Source of the DNA: Gnetum montanum | Taxonomy: Eukaryota > Plantae > Gnetophyta | Assembly: GCA_015680685.1 (NCBI GenBank) | Contig: MNCI01002498.1 | Span: 488,979 to 552,978, forward strand | Reading direction: 5' to 3' | DNA: 64,000 nt | Shown: positions 11,631 to 23,799 of the stretch, one piece after another | How positions within the stretch are numbered: the first letter of the stretch is position 1 | Layout: every line of letters begins with the position of its first letter | The notes under the pieces: model-generated | Databases searched by the model: none | What the model saw: the letters and a program-made list of their open reading frames with translations, nothing else | Told to the model about the DNA's origin: nothing | Translations under genes and position numbers: made by a program

Positions 11631-13636
11631 CATCCCGACATCAAATGCAACATAAAAGGAAATATAACAATTAATGTATTTGCCTTCATTTTTTCAACAT
11701 TTTTAGGGGAATGATGCTAGTGTGGACATCTCCAAGAATAATCTATCATCTCTTCATTGATTGTGCCTATTTATGGAGTTGAGGCATGTTTCCCATGAGC
11801 TGGATGTCCTTTGGCATGATCTTGAGGTGTAAAGGATGTTTCGGGGCCGATGGCAACTTTATTTGGAGAGTTTGAGCTTCATGCTAGATGTTTTGGGCTT
11901 GACAAGGCTAGCTAGAAAGACATCTTCCCTAGCTGAAAGACATCTTTCCAAGCCAAAAAGACATCTTCCATTGTGATAAGATGTATTCTCCATGTTGTAG
12001 ACATCTTTCAAGAGCCAAGACATCTTTTGTGCAAGCTGAAGTCTTGGAAAAAGCATCTTTTCTAGACCAAAGATATCTTCTCTAGTAGACTTCAATAGTC
12101 ATTAATTTGAATTTTGGGCGCCAATGGAAGATGAAGAGTCACTAAGATGGCTATAAAAAGGCATCAAGGCCTAAGTTTGGGTAGGCTAGTCCTAAGAGAA
12201 AAGGTTGGTCTCAAGGTGGAGATAAGAAGAAAAGTCTCCCAAGTGTGAGGTGAAGAGAAGCCTCTAGTGTGCCTCTAGAGGAGAGATAGAGTGTGAATTG
12301 AGAGAGGAGAGTTGAGCTCTTCTTGAACACTCTTGTTTGTGAGCCATTTGGCCATTGTGAAGAGAGAGTAAGGGTAGAGTGTGAGAGTGGGGAAAGAGAG
12401 AGAGGGAGAGTTCTTGTACATTGTGGCACTAAGTATGTGTCTCCATGATGGGATGAGTGAGTGAATGATCATCATTGATGACTTACTTGCTTTGAGTGTG
12501 GAGTGAGGGTTTGATTGGATTACTTGTCTATCCTTGGGAGTTGTGTGCTTCCTTGATGTTTGTACTTTCATTTTCTTGAGCAAGAATAAAGCTTGTGATT
12601 TTCTTTTCTTGTTCAATTTGGCTTGTTTTAGTTTGAGAGCACTTGGATTTTAGAATCCAAGGGAGCATCACATCAACGACATTCTACACCATTTTGCTAC
12701 ATGATGAGGTGCACATCAAAAAAGAAGTCACAAGCATCTAAAGCAACAAGGAGAAACATCAACTTAAAGTCTAGATGAAGAAACTTTCAAAAGATCTCTC
12801 TTGAAGATATAGTACATACTAAATAAGGAAATATTGGTACCACATGAATAAAGAATAAAAGGTGTATATAAATGAAAGGCAAAAAGAAATAAAAGAGTGC
12901 TAAAATGAGAACATGATTTAACTAAGACATCTTTTCAAAACTTTAAAATAGTCTTTGGCCTATCCTGAAACTCTAGGCCATAAAATACTAGGGTTGGTCC
13001 TACTTCAATAAAAGGCTATGAGCCAATCACAATCCCATTTCGCACTTATGCTTGGTAGAATCCCAAGAAATTTTTAAATTTCAAACAACTAGTTCCATCA
13101 TACAAAGAGACCTAGGCATTTTCAAAGAGTCAAACATTTGTACCTTGCCACTAATTACAACTAGAGAGGAAAGGTCCCATTAACATTCAATATACATGTT
13201 AGGAAAGCAAACTAAAGAAAAGCAAAGAATTATCCCACATGATGCAGGGAGAGGAATACATTTTACCATAAAAGGAAGCCTCAAATTCAAGAAATCAAGA
13301 TGAGAAATCAATTTGACTAGTTCATATTAAAACTAAAGAGATGGATGGGATCCTATAACCTAGTATCCGTAGGACCCATTTTGTGAATCCCATCTATACA
13401 GTTTTTGAGGAGAAAAAATACTATTTATTAATAAAAGTTCAACTTAACAACTTAGTAAGCACGTTTATAGAGCCATAAGTAAAGGGTGAAAGAAATTGTA
13501 ACTAAGTATTATGGAGGGAGAAAAGTGAAAGTGAAAAGAAATGTTTTACAACATATCTTCTAAAGAATGGGTCCACTCGTGAATTTGTAAACATAAAGGA
13601 AATAAGTAAGTTAAAAAACTAATCCTTGAAGAGAAG

Positions 13637-14685
13637 GGTTAGAATATATCTCTAATCAATATACAATCATTACTTTATTAACATAACCAAAAGAAGCTAC
13701 AAAGGATTACGATGATCCATGAAGAAACACAACCACTCCTAAGGTATAAAGAAGCCTTGGATCACACCTTGTAATAAAGAACCATCACAAGACATCATAG
13801 AACAATAGGAAATGTGATCATTAACCAAGAAAGGATCTAGAAGATGGTTTGTAAGACCAAAAGAAGGTGAAAGCTTCTTGTCGTAATAAAGACAAGCATA
13901 AGAAGAAGAAGGAACACCTGCAATGTATCTTCCAAAACAAAGACTCCTAGCTCTTCTAGATGGTACCTATGGAGAAGAAATCAACCCCGGTTCATAAGAG
14001 TTGATTTGATGATATCAAGTCAGTCCCAAATATGACTAGCACCAAAAAGAGGATTAGAGCATCAAGGACCAAAGATTGAAGAAAGTAAGCATACTGAGTC
14101 CAAAAGCTAGAAGGCACAAGTAAAGGATTCATGAAGCCAAGTACGTATGGAAAAGACAACTGAAGATAGTTGTTTTAGCCTAGTTGTAAATTGTTGAACA
14201 AGCGTAACATGGGTCAGCCCACGTAAGACTAAGCATAAACAATTCCTAGCAACATCATAAGTATATCAAAAAACCCATGATGCCAAAAGACTTTGGACAA
14301 TGCAAAAGTTGTAGCATTGCCAAAGGAAGGAGCAACACCATTGAAACACAAGAAGTTCCCATGAACTCAGCCTAGTGCTATAGATAGCCCAAATATGATA
14401 ACAAAGAATTACGAAGATGAATTAGAACCAAAACTAGCACTAGTTATACTCTATCTACAATAATCTATGATTAGTATTGATATCAGAATTAGACTATTTA
14501 TGACTATGTATGCTTAACAGAAAACCATAAGCAATTAATAAGACTTACAATACTCAAGAATCATAGGAACAATTAGAAACTACAATCAGTTTACTATCAG
14601 AGTTTACAATGAATCCTAAGGCGGGTAAAATATAGAATATCATAAATAGAGTATGAATCCTTGGCATATAATTTTAACCCTAACT
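13637..14685 (+). repeat. 3' LTR of element A (right end uncertain)
   Basis: Colinear with 1765-2815, e.g. GGATTAC.ATGATCCATGAAGAAACA and CACAAGAAGTTCCCATGAACT.AGCCTAGTG. Confidence 0.7.
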
Positions 14686-15238
14686 AGAGTATCATAGAAA
14701 GTACATGATATCCAATGTATTTGAAAAAGCTAGAACCAATTATTTATTTTGAAATTATATGTTTCTTACAACATGAAATTAACTATTTCAAAAAATATAT
14801 ATTTCCTTGCAGAACTGTGGGTTACATCCTTTAAATATATTGCCCTGGTAACAAAGCACAAGAAACAAAGCTGCTTAACCTGTAAAGCCTGCAAATAATT
14901 GCATGCTATAACCACACATTTCACTTTGATAAAATTGATGAAAAGAGTATGTTGTGAGCTGCAATTGAACAACAATTATTTTAATTAAACTACATTCTGA
15001 ATGGGGGTATTGGGTATGAGAACATTTCAACTTCAGTTCAAAGGACACAAGGATGAACAAAATAGTTTAGATTTTAATCAGAAGTTTAAATATGCAGATA
15101 ACGGAAAAAATAAAATTAGCATATTTTTAGATAATCAACAAATGAAGGGAAAAAAACCCATTACATCTTAGAAAGGATTCATACTTGATCAATCATAAAG
15201 AGCTCAAAACAAAGGAAACAAGGGATAATTGAGCTCAC

Positions 15239-18200
15239 TCTGGGCTTGCAAAATTCATGATCGGCTGAAGAACACTAGCTAGTATCTCCCGGGAGAAACA
15301 TCTAACAAGAGGACTTGTAGCATCCTCTGATCTCAATAATTTTGCCACTAAGCCACCCATCAACCTCTTAAGGAACTGAAATTTTAATTCACAGAAATTA
15401 AAGCATATTACAATACATCACTAGGTCTTCAGAAACTAGACTACAGAGCTTTGCAAATTTTACGAGAATCCAACATCACCTTGTACTCAGCCTCAGGAGA
15501 CATAAGTGCAGGGTGAAGTTCATTTGATTCAATTAGGAAATGCTTCAACTTTTTATCTCTAGCTTCAATTGACAAGGAAGCCATGGCATCAGCACCTATG
15601 ACCTTCAGGTTCCTTTGAAAGAGTTCTATATGGTTTCCAATCAAAGCCATTGTATCACTGGACATGAACAGTATGTATGTAAGCAAAGAATGCATGCATA
15701 AAACGAAGAGACCAGAAAAGAATAGAAAATAAATATGAAAGAACGTATGCAATCAACTAGAATTTTTTTAGCATCAAATCTCAAATCACCTCATCAGTAA
15801 ATCAACAAGGCCTATGTGCTTAATCCGCTGATATATCTCCCCGCATACATCTTTTATTACCAAATGAACTTGATCAGGAAATTCACAGTCTGGAGTGATT
15901 AAGGAATACCAAGAATCTAAGACAAATTCATGCACAATCTTCTGGATAAATTCATCAACTGCTGCTGCAATAACAGCTGAATCTATCCGCCTCTTCCATC
16001 CTTTTATGACAGGTGAAGAGAATTGACGTAGACTCTTATCAGAAAATTGCTTCCACCAAAAATAAGAGAGATGACACTCCTTGGGAACAGGGACCTTTAA
16101 CTGAAAATTTACCTCCAAGAAAATATACTTGACCACCAAGAATATTAGAAGAGAGAGTGGAATATTTAGCAGAATTGACTGGCTTGTCACTGGCCTAAGA
16201 CAGACAATTAAGCGTGAGAAATTACACATTCGAAAATCATTGATCATGAATAATTCAAGAGAAGGCCAAAAAAAAACAGTCAAAGGTACTATTAATCATT
16301 GTTCTATTAAATTCAGTCAAATAATCTAAAATAGTTATACTAAATTGTTACAAATTGTTGGTAAGTTCTCTCACAGCGGCTGGCAAGAAACACATTCAGT
16401 TTCTATCTTTCAACATCATTGGTTCTTACCCCTCCTACCCCAAATATATTTGAAAAACAGCGGAGGCAGAAATGGGAGACTTTTATCCTAATCATCGTAA
16501 TCTAGTGCATGCTTCCAATATTACCATTACCATGTAGCCCTTGCATTCCTACCAATTACCATGTCGTCCTTTTGGAATTTTACTTACATGTTGGACCAGT
16601 GCTAATTTCAATAACTAACGATTAACTTGCTCCAAATATGACAACTCTGAGCCAAAGTTGAATACTTCTAATAATCAATGTCTTGAACCCAATAACCCAA
16701 CATATGTAACATCTATGAACCTAAAATTTCTTGTAGTTGGCATGCAGTTTGGTAAATCATAATGCACAGACATCAAAACAAATTAGATGTTTTACCTTAT
16801 GCATCAATGAATCTGCAATGCTATAACATGTGGACCTAAACTAACAATTTTGACTTATCAGTTCAATTATCAAAAAAACTCTGCCAATGCCAGTCCCAAG
16901 CCCAAATATAAAAGGAGAACAGTTAGCATCAGGTTGCCAGCCAGCTGGAAAACCTTCCCAAATCTCATAGATGAGTTTCTTTTTCAGATTTTGCAGATGC
17001 TAAGGCATTCCCCAAATGCAATGCACAACAGTCACACAATCAAAGATGATTTGAAGAAACTGCAAATAAACAAAGATCTAGCTCTTCATTGAGGTGAATG
17101 GTGAAAAAGAATTTATGTAGCTGACCTCATTTTGTTGGGACAAGGCTAGGATGATGATGATGAGTTCAATTCTCAAAAAATCGCAGCAGAAAGATCTCAA
17201 TACATTGGAAAGGGCACAATTGATGTGGAGTTTGTTAATAAATGATTTGAGATCCCTGATCATTTTAAAAACCTGCTCAACCCTGGTAATAAAACAAAAC
17301 TAGGAGTGTGGAGAAAAGAAGTGACTTGATTCGAAATAGTTAAGAGTTGCTGACATTGAATAAGATCGAAATGGCATATCAGATGTTTGCCTAGTATAGT
17401 GATTAAGAATGGAGAGTATGACAATGAGGATAAGAAATTGATGAGGAGTAACCTGATTCAAGCCTTGCAAAACCATGAGAGAGAATCGGATCTCCTAAAT
17501 GAATCTAATTCAAATAAATGAGTTCATGATTGATATAATGACGTTTCATTTGGCTGTACAAGACTTGAGTTCGAACCCCTATCCTTGATCACATTCCCAA
17601 CATCTCAAGGATATCTAGATACCCTCCAATTTAAAAAATTGTAATTAATAAAAATATATTTTCCTTTACTTCCTTTAAAAAAATTTAGCTTCTGAAACAA
17701 CTAATTATGAAACCGGTACATGAAGGTTTATATACATGATTGAAGCCTTGAAACACAGAGAAACTACAAGCCAGAACGCAAGGCAGAAGCAATTCAAGCG
17801 ACTTTTGGACTGAAAACGGTCATAGCTACAGCAAAAGAAGAAAGTTGGATGATTTAAGAAAGGGAATGGACCAGCAAACTAAGGACAAATAGCAAGCATT
17901 GTGAGTTTAAAGGATACATCAACCAATTTCAAATGGTATTCATGCGAGGTCCACAATAATTTAAAACAATGTAGATGATCTGATTGGCTGGCTTCAAAAT
18001 CTTGGAAGAACAGGAACATTTCGACTGGCAAACACAAAAGCAGCTCTCTCACACTCGACTAAATTCACATGGACACCTAAAGTAATTGAGAACGAAATCA
18101 TTTTCTTTCAAAAACATAAAATTACTAAATCGTGCAAGCTCAGGAGCAAATTCAAAGAGTTGAAAGCGACCAACAGCATCGTGCTGCGCTTAATTAAGGA

Positions 18201-18302
18201 ATTAAAATTACACGACAAAGCGTAGGCAAGGCCAGCGCTGAAGATGATGTACAGTAAACTCCTGTCTTTGACATCCTCAATCAAAACGCTTAGTCCTTTC
18301 AT
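15239..18302 (-). CDS. PXA (Phox-associated) domain sorting-nexin-like protein, N-terminal four coding exons (resembles Arabidopsis At2g15900/At1g15240 type)
   Basis: Exons 18302-18212, 16189-15790, 15657-15480, 15375-15239, all with GT-AG and consistent phases. N-terminal TM segments, then WKRRIDSAVIAAAVDEFIQKIVHEFVLDSWYSLITPD..., LHPALMSPEAEYK, PLVRCFSREILASVLQPIMNFASP. Alternative in-frame ATG at 18341. Downstream exons not identified. Confidence 0.85.
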
Positions 18303-19155
18303 TTTGCTTGTGAAGATCTTCAAACGTGCTTCGGCATTCAAATTTTTCTTCGGGATTTCCGCGATATCTCTCGTTCTGTCACGGCAAGGAGGCTCGCATC
18401 CATTTCGCCGATCCCTGCGCCATTCATAGATTTTTGCTTATTGTTCAATCCCTTTCCTGAAATCCAACACCATGTATTATTATCTGCAGACGATCACTAC
18501 TGTAGAGCAAATTTAAATATTTAATAAATTGAATTAGGAAGCCAATAAATTCAAAACGGAACATAATATGCGGCTATTGACTTTTGAAAATTACGTGGCT
18601 GCAAATTTGTGTTTGATTGGAAGGAACGGCTAGAGTAGTTGAATTCCGTTACGACAGTGAAAATCGAATTGCCAGGAAAATCACTTCAAAATTGTCCGCT
18701 AAAAACATTTTTTGAGTGAACCTTTGGATTACCCTCAGTAATTTGGATTAAACGTTTGTGAACTCAATGCGTAAATTAGGAGAAAATGGTCTGGCCATAG
18801 AAGTTTTGAAAGTACAGTCTACGACAGTATCATGGTTTACCCGTTACCTTTGGAATCATACTCGCACAAGTCAGGACAAGTGTGCATTTTTTGAAGGAGG
18901 CTTTGCAAAAGATTGGAAATAATTTAAGGAATAAAATTAATTAGAGTTGATCAACCACCTTTGGTCAACTAGGTGTGCGTTACGTTGCATTTAATTGCAA
19001 GGATGTAACCATGTAGGGTACACATACGCATTATCATGTACAATGTAGCATGGTTCTATGCAATGACTCAACTATTTCAAAATATTGGGAAAAACTCTAA
19101 ATATATTTTTACAATGGAAAATCTAAAACTGACATCCTTTGGAGACTCATAGGAT

Positions 19156-20190
19156 CTATTGAATAGAAGAAATATACATATTATGTGTAGCAAACACTTC
19201 ATTAATAAAGTTACTAAGTTTCTTCAATGCTATTTTGAAAAGCTCAATTAAACTATTAGCTATAATTTGACATTTGTGATGACCTTGCACAAGAATAGGA
19301 CATTCCAAGAATATGTGATATTCATCTTCAATTGCACTTGATTGCATAAATAATAGGTTCTCTCTTCTCTTGAGATATATTCCCATCTACCTGTTTCAAT
19401 TCTAAAATAATGGGAGTCCAATCTTGCTAAACTAATGATAAATCGTATTTTGCAGGGCTCCAATATCGGAGCCACGATGTTAGGTATCCAATATCGGGCC
19501 CCAAGATGCAATGTCAAATATCCGATATTGTGGAGTATGTGCCAGCCTATAAATATAGTGTTTGCGCACATGGTTTCCATATAGTTTTTGTCATAGCATA
19601 GGAGAGCTCTTACAGTTTCTTTTCTCCATAGATTAAATATTTTCCAAAGTGCTCGTAGCAGAAGTCATTAAGTATACGAATTTTTATTCAAGCACTGTTG
19701 TACCTGAGCATGGCAGTGTGGGACCGAATTCTTATGTTAGGATAGTGGGTTATTAATTAGCAATTAGATTAGTTAAATTGGTTCATAAATTAAGTTTCAA
19801 CTTATTGTTAATTGTAGACAAATAAAATATAAAATAATAAAAATCATGTGCCTCAATTATATTTAACCAAACAATTAAGCTCCACAAGTGTAGTTAAGAA
19901 AACAATAATTGTCACAATTAGATTTCACATCTTAGAATCAATGTACTTAGGAACTTAAAGTCTACAAAATTTGAGTGGATCGTGCTTCAACACTTGTGAT
20001 TAGTATGGTTGGCTGTAGGGGTACCTTGTCGCTCATCAACTAATTTCACATCATAGGTGATAGGATATAAGAACTAATAAATAAGATTTTTTTATAGAGT
20101 ATCTACCAAAACAATTTTGCATCTACTCCTTGAGTTTATCAATAAAAATACCAAAATGTTGGTGAAAGAGGACAACCTTGTTTCACCCTA
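19156..20190 (-). mobile_element. Decayed LINE ORF2 C-terminal fragment, interrupted by a solo LTR
   Basis: SHYFRIETGRWEYISREER...LCN and IEDEYHIFLECP, the typical LINE C-terminal Cys/His region, frameshifted. Confidence 0.7.
19436..20038 (+). mobile_element. Solo LTR, Athila-like Gypsy family
   Basis: TGATA...CTCATCA with 5-bp TSD ACTAA (19431-19435 and 20039-20043). The 3' end GTATGGTTGG..GTAGGGGTACCT.G.CGCTCATCA is shared with the LTR ending at 21096. Confidence 0.88.
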
Positions 20191-22170
20191 ATATTACTCA
20201 TGAAGCGTCATTTAGTCAATGCGTATATAGGGCCGCATATACGCAATCGCGTCGACGCAGGCCAGTCAACGTAGCCATCCTGCGTCGACGTGGCCCCATT
20301 TACGCAGCCACCTTTCCCGACCTATAAATAAGAGGGCCTTCTACCTCATTTAGGCATCTTTTGAGTAGTTGTAGCGAAGCTCTTGTAGTTTGTTCCCACA
20401 TGAGATAGAATATTTTCCAAGTGCTCGCAGCAGGTGTAAGAAAAGTGATTGGCTCTTTATTCAAGCGTTGATGTATCTGAGCTCATTGGTGTGATGGCAA
20501 TAAAGACGAACTATTCAAGCATTCCTTGCAGCATTTGGACTTAGTTATTTTATGCATTCAATAGTTTAATATGTTTATGCTTTATTAGTTACTTGTTAAT
20601 TACTTAAGTTTTCATTATTATAATTTCCATCGCTATTGTTCATTCGTAGTTCGTTAAGGCCATAAGTACGACCATCTCGAACGTAACCCAAACACTTGGT
20701 AAGCCCAGTGATGCTTAACGTCTGGTAACCCAGAAGTGTTGGGAGATGCTCAGAACTTGCTCGGAAGATGGGACCAGATACTTATGTTAGGAGTAGTTAA
20801 GATTTAGATTAAGATAATTTTAGATTAATTAATATTCTATCCTTATTTTCCAAGATAATTAGTCATCGAAAAGATAATTAAAAAGACATAAAAATCATTA
20901 GCCTTAGTCTCACTTAACTATCGTAAACAAAACTTCACAAGTGAGATTAGGATGACAACGACTATTCTAACCCAAGGTTTCACTGGTTAGAAGTCTGGTG
21001 TATGTTAAGTGCTTGCAGTCTACAGATTTCGACTGAGTCACACGTGAACGCTCGTGATTCGTATGGTTGGGCGTAGGGGTACCTAGCCGCTCATCATTGG
21101 CGCCATTGCCGAGAACTGTTATTCTTACATGCGTCATCTGACCTTAGTGAAATTATCATTTAAGTCGTTGGAATGGACCAGGGTAGAAATATTTACGCAC
21201 GCTAGGAAAATTTAAGTAAATAGTAAGGTACACTAATTATATGAACCATCTAACATCCAATATGTCTTCTCACAGGAGCGATGTATTCGAACCGCCGATG
21301 CCATAAGAATGTTAGGCAGTGTACAAACATCCCGATGAATATGTCCCTGATTTCACATTCATCCTACATCAGGATGAGCATCTCCGATGGCGGGACATGA
21401 AGGGTAGCATCGTGCTATCGCCCGACTGAGCAGCTCCTGCAATGCTATATCACAATCTAGGCAAATTGGGCATCCAGGAGCGGGTGGCAGAGTATGTCAT
21501 GGAGGACCATGACTACCGGGACTATCGTCCCACGGAGGCTCAATGAACAAGAGATCAGCAGCAGGCAGAGAGATATGAACAGCAGAAGGGGAAGCAATTT
21601 AGCAACACCTTATTCTCGCAATGGCCGCAAGACGATGGGGATCCCTTCTTTCATGATACCCATTCGACCGAACTTCCCCTGGGGCAGAAGTTCATCCAGT
21701 TAATCATTCAGAACAAACCTCCAAGTGACCACGATCCTCAAGGGGATGGAAGGTCATGCAGCAAGGGTAGGCTGGATGATCGAGGCCATCATCAGGGTAG
21801 ATGGGGAGATCACTGCCGGAGTGGTGGTGATGCCTCTCCTTCTTCTCCGTCCTCCCCCTCTCCTGCGCCTTCCTCTAGCTCAGGCTCTGAGCATAACAGG
21901 GGAAGGCTGGAGTGAAAGGACGGTGGTAAATCGGTTCAGAAGGGGCAACGTGAGGAAGCATGCGACCAATCACGTGATTCTCGCTAGCATGAAAGGAGGG
22001 GTCACCGGAATCGTCACAGACATCATGGTCCCCAATAGGACTATGATTCAGATGAGCTGTTGTTAGCTACTCGAAGCATGCTCCAGATCGTAGAGGCAGA
22101 TGAGCCATTGTTAGCTACTTAAAGCATTCCAAGTAGGCACATAAAGGATAGTCGAATCAAGTGTGTTGAT

Positions 22171-23130
22171 ATGAACAACATCCCCAAATTTGAAGGGGGA
22201 TACAATTGTGATTCACAGACCCACCTGCAGGCGTTCCATGACACCTGCACCCTGCAAAACATTGATAATGATTGGCAACAATTGAAGCTATTCCCTCGCA
22301 CGCTCATCAAAGAAGCTGAAAGTTGGTATTGGTCCTTGGAGCCGGAATCAATCAAAAGATGGAGTACGATGCTTGAAATCTTCAATGACAAATATCAAAC
22401 GTACTCTAGAGTGGCAAATCTGAGACGGCAGATCCAAGGATGGAAACAAGGAAATCATGAACCCTTGGATGCCGCCATGAGCAGGTATTACTCATTGTTA
22501 CATCAGTGCCCTGGTCATGGTTACTCTCAACAGGCACAGCTTCGCCACATCATTGATGGGCTCCATTTTGAAATGCGAAAGACCCTGGGCGTGTATGCCA
22601 AGGGACAATTGTTGGAGCTAAGGGCCCATCAGTTGCAATGCCTCATTGATCAAGTGGCCAAGGAAGAAGACGAACTTAGGAAAAAGGAGAGTGCAAAAGA
22701 ATTCAACCGAGAACCTTCCCTCAGAAAGAGGGAGGTCCAATTTTGTGATGAGGAGGACGAGTCACCACTGGAAGCAGCGGTGAATCAGAAGACTTTGCTA
22801 TTACAAAAGTTTGCATCTAAAATATTGGCAAAGGTGGAAAAAATGTGGGATTCTTTGGATGAGAAATTTCAAAGTGTACTAAAAATTGCAGAAGAGTCTA
22901 AAGAACAAGGTAGCGATCATGATCGACACAGGAAGAAGGGAGCTAAACATGCCCAACATAAGGGTAACGGAAAAGTTGTTGTAGCAGAGCAGATTGTAGA
23001 CTCTGACACCGAGGAGGACGATGAATGTGGCATATGCCAATATGAACATCCTAAGGGATGTTGTCTTATGGTGTCACACCTTCAAGAGTTTGGGGTGTAT
23101 GCCTTGAACCCTCGTTTGGCGCAGCAGTAG
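22171..23130 (+). pseudogene. Gypsy gag (retrotrans_gag core)
   Basis: IPKFEG...HLQAFHDTC...LKLFPRTL..EAESWYWSLEP.SI..W..M...F..KY...QG..EPL; degenerate Cys/His knuckle CGICQYEH. Confidence 0.85.
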
Positions 23131-23799
23131 ACACCCCGAAGGTTGCCTTATCCACAAGGCAACCCCAGGCGATTCCACCAGTAGCAACAAGGATATTATC
23201 CAAGTGGAATGCCCCCACAACCGTATGAATACTTCCAACAGTGGCAACAACCACAAGTGTGAGGGATGCCACCTCCAAGGCAGTAGTACCCTTACAAGCA
23301 GTCAAATCCTTATGGGTACTATGTTTAACAACCAATCTCCTCAAGAGACTCTTCCAGTCATGCAGCCTTTCCCAGCTACTACCACCCCCCTGAATATTTT
23401 TGACATCCATCTCCATCACCCAGGGGGACAAACCCACATCTCTTCTACCCTCCGTCACCTTCTTCTACCATTCCTCCACACCATCCCACTTAGTTGCCAC
23501 CTGCTCCATCAATGCAGGGAGAAATACTGCCACAGCCACAGCAACAAAACGCTACGAGGGTTGTTAACTTACAACTGGCACCTCAGCTAAGTGGACCAGA
23601 ACCCAAGCCACGCAAATGTCCCTTTTTTCAGCCCAATAATTTGAACACACCCTTACCTACGCCTGTGGCCAGTGCCTCCGAACCTACCAACGCCTCTACC
23701 ATCATATCGCCCGAGCAATCCTCTGTTCTACTACACTCCAACGTCCAGACGATCATGCTCACACATGTTGTGACCGACTGGATCAAAGCAAGTTCTCTT

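Larger units (their letters stand above)
7191..11699 (-). mobile_element. Ty1/copia retrotransposon (Tnt1/Tork-like), 3'-truncated, nested in B
   Basis: 5' LTR 11048-11699 (TG...CA) and PBS TGGTATCAGAG (minus, 11035-11045), followed by gag-pol. Ends abruptly in RNase H at about 7191 with no 3' LTR. Confidence 0.92.
3320..12670 (+). mobile_element. LTR element B with no recognisable pol, nested in A
   Basis: LTR about 3320-5000 (interrupted by 4046-4946) and LTR 11712-12670 with inverted ends TGATGCT...AGCATCA and purine tract AGGGGAA just upstream. The internal region holds an acidic ORF. LTRs are diverged and no TSD was found. Confidence 0.65.
1765..14685 (+). mobile_element. Degenerate LTR retrotransposon A (outer layer of nested cluster)
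   Basis: LTR 1765-2815 (TGTTA...TAACA) followed by tRNA-iMet-type PBS TGGTATCAAAGCC at 2816. Homologous diverged LTR from about 13637 (preceded by purine tract GAAGAGAAGG) to about 14640-14685. Its own internal part is short (about 2816-3319 and 12671-13636). No TSD found. Confidence 0.65.
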
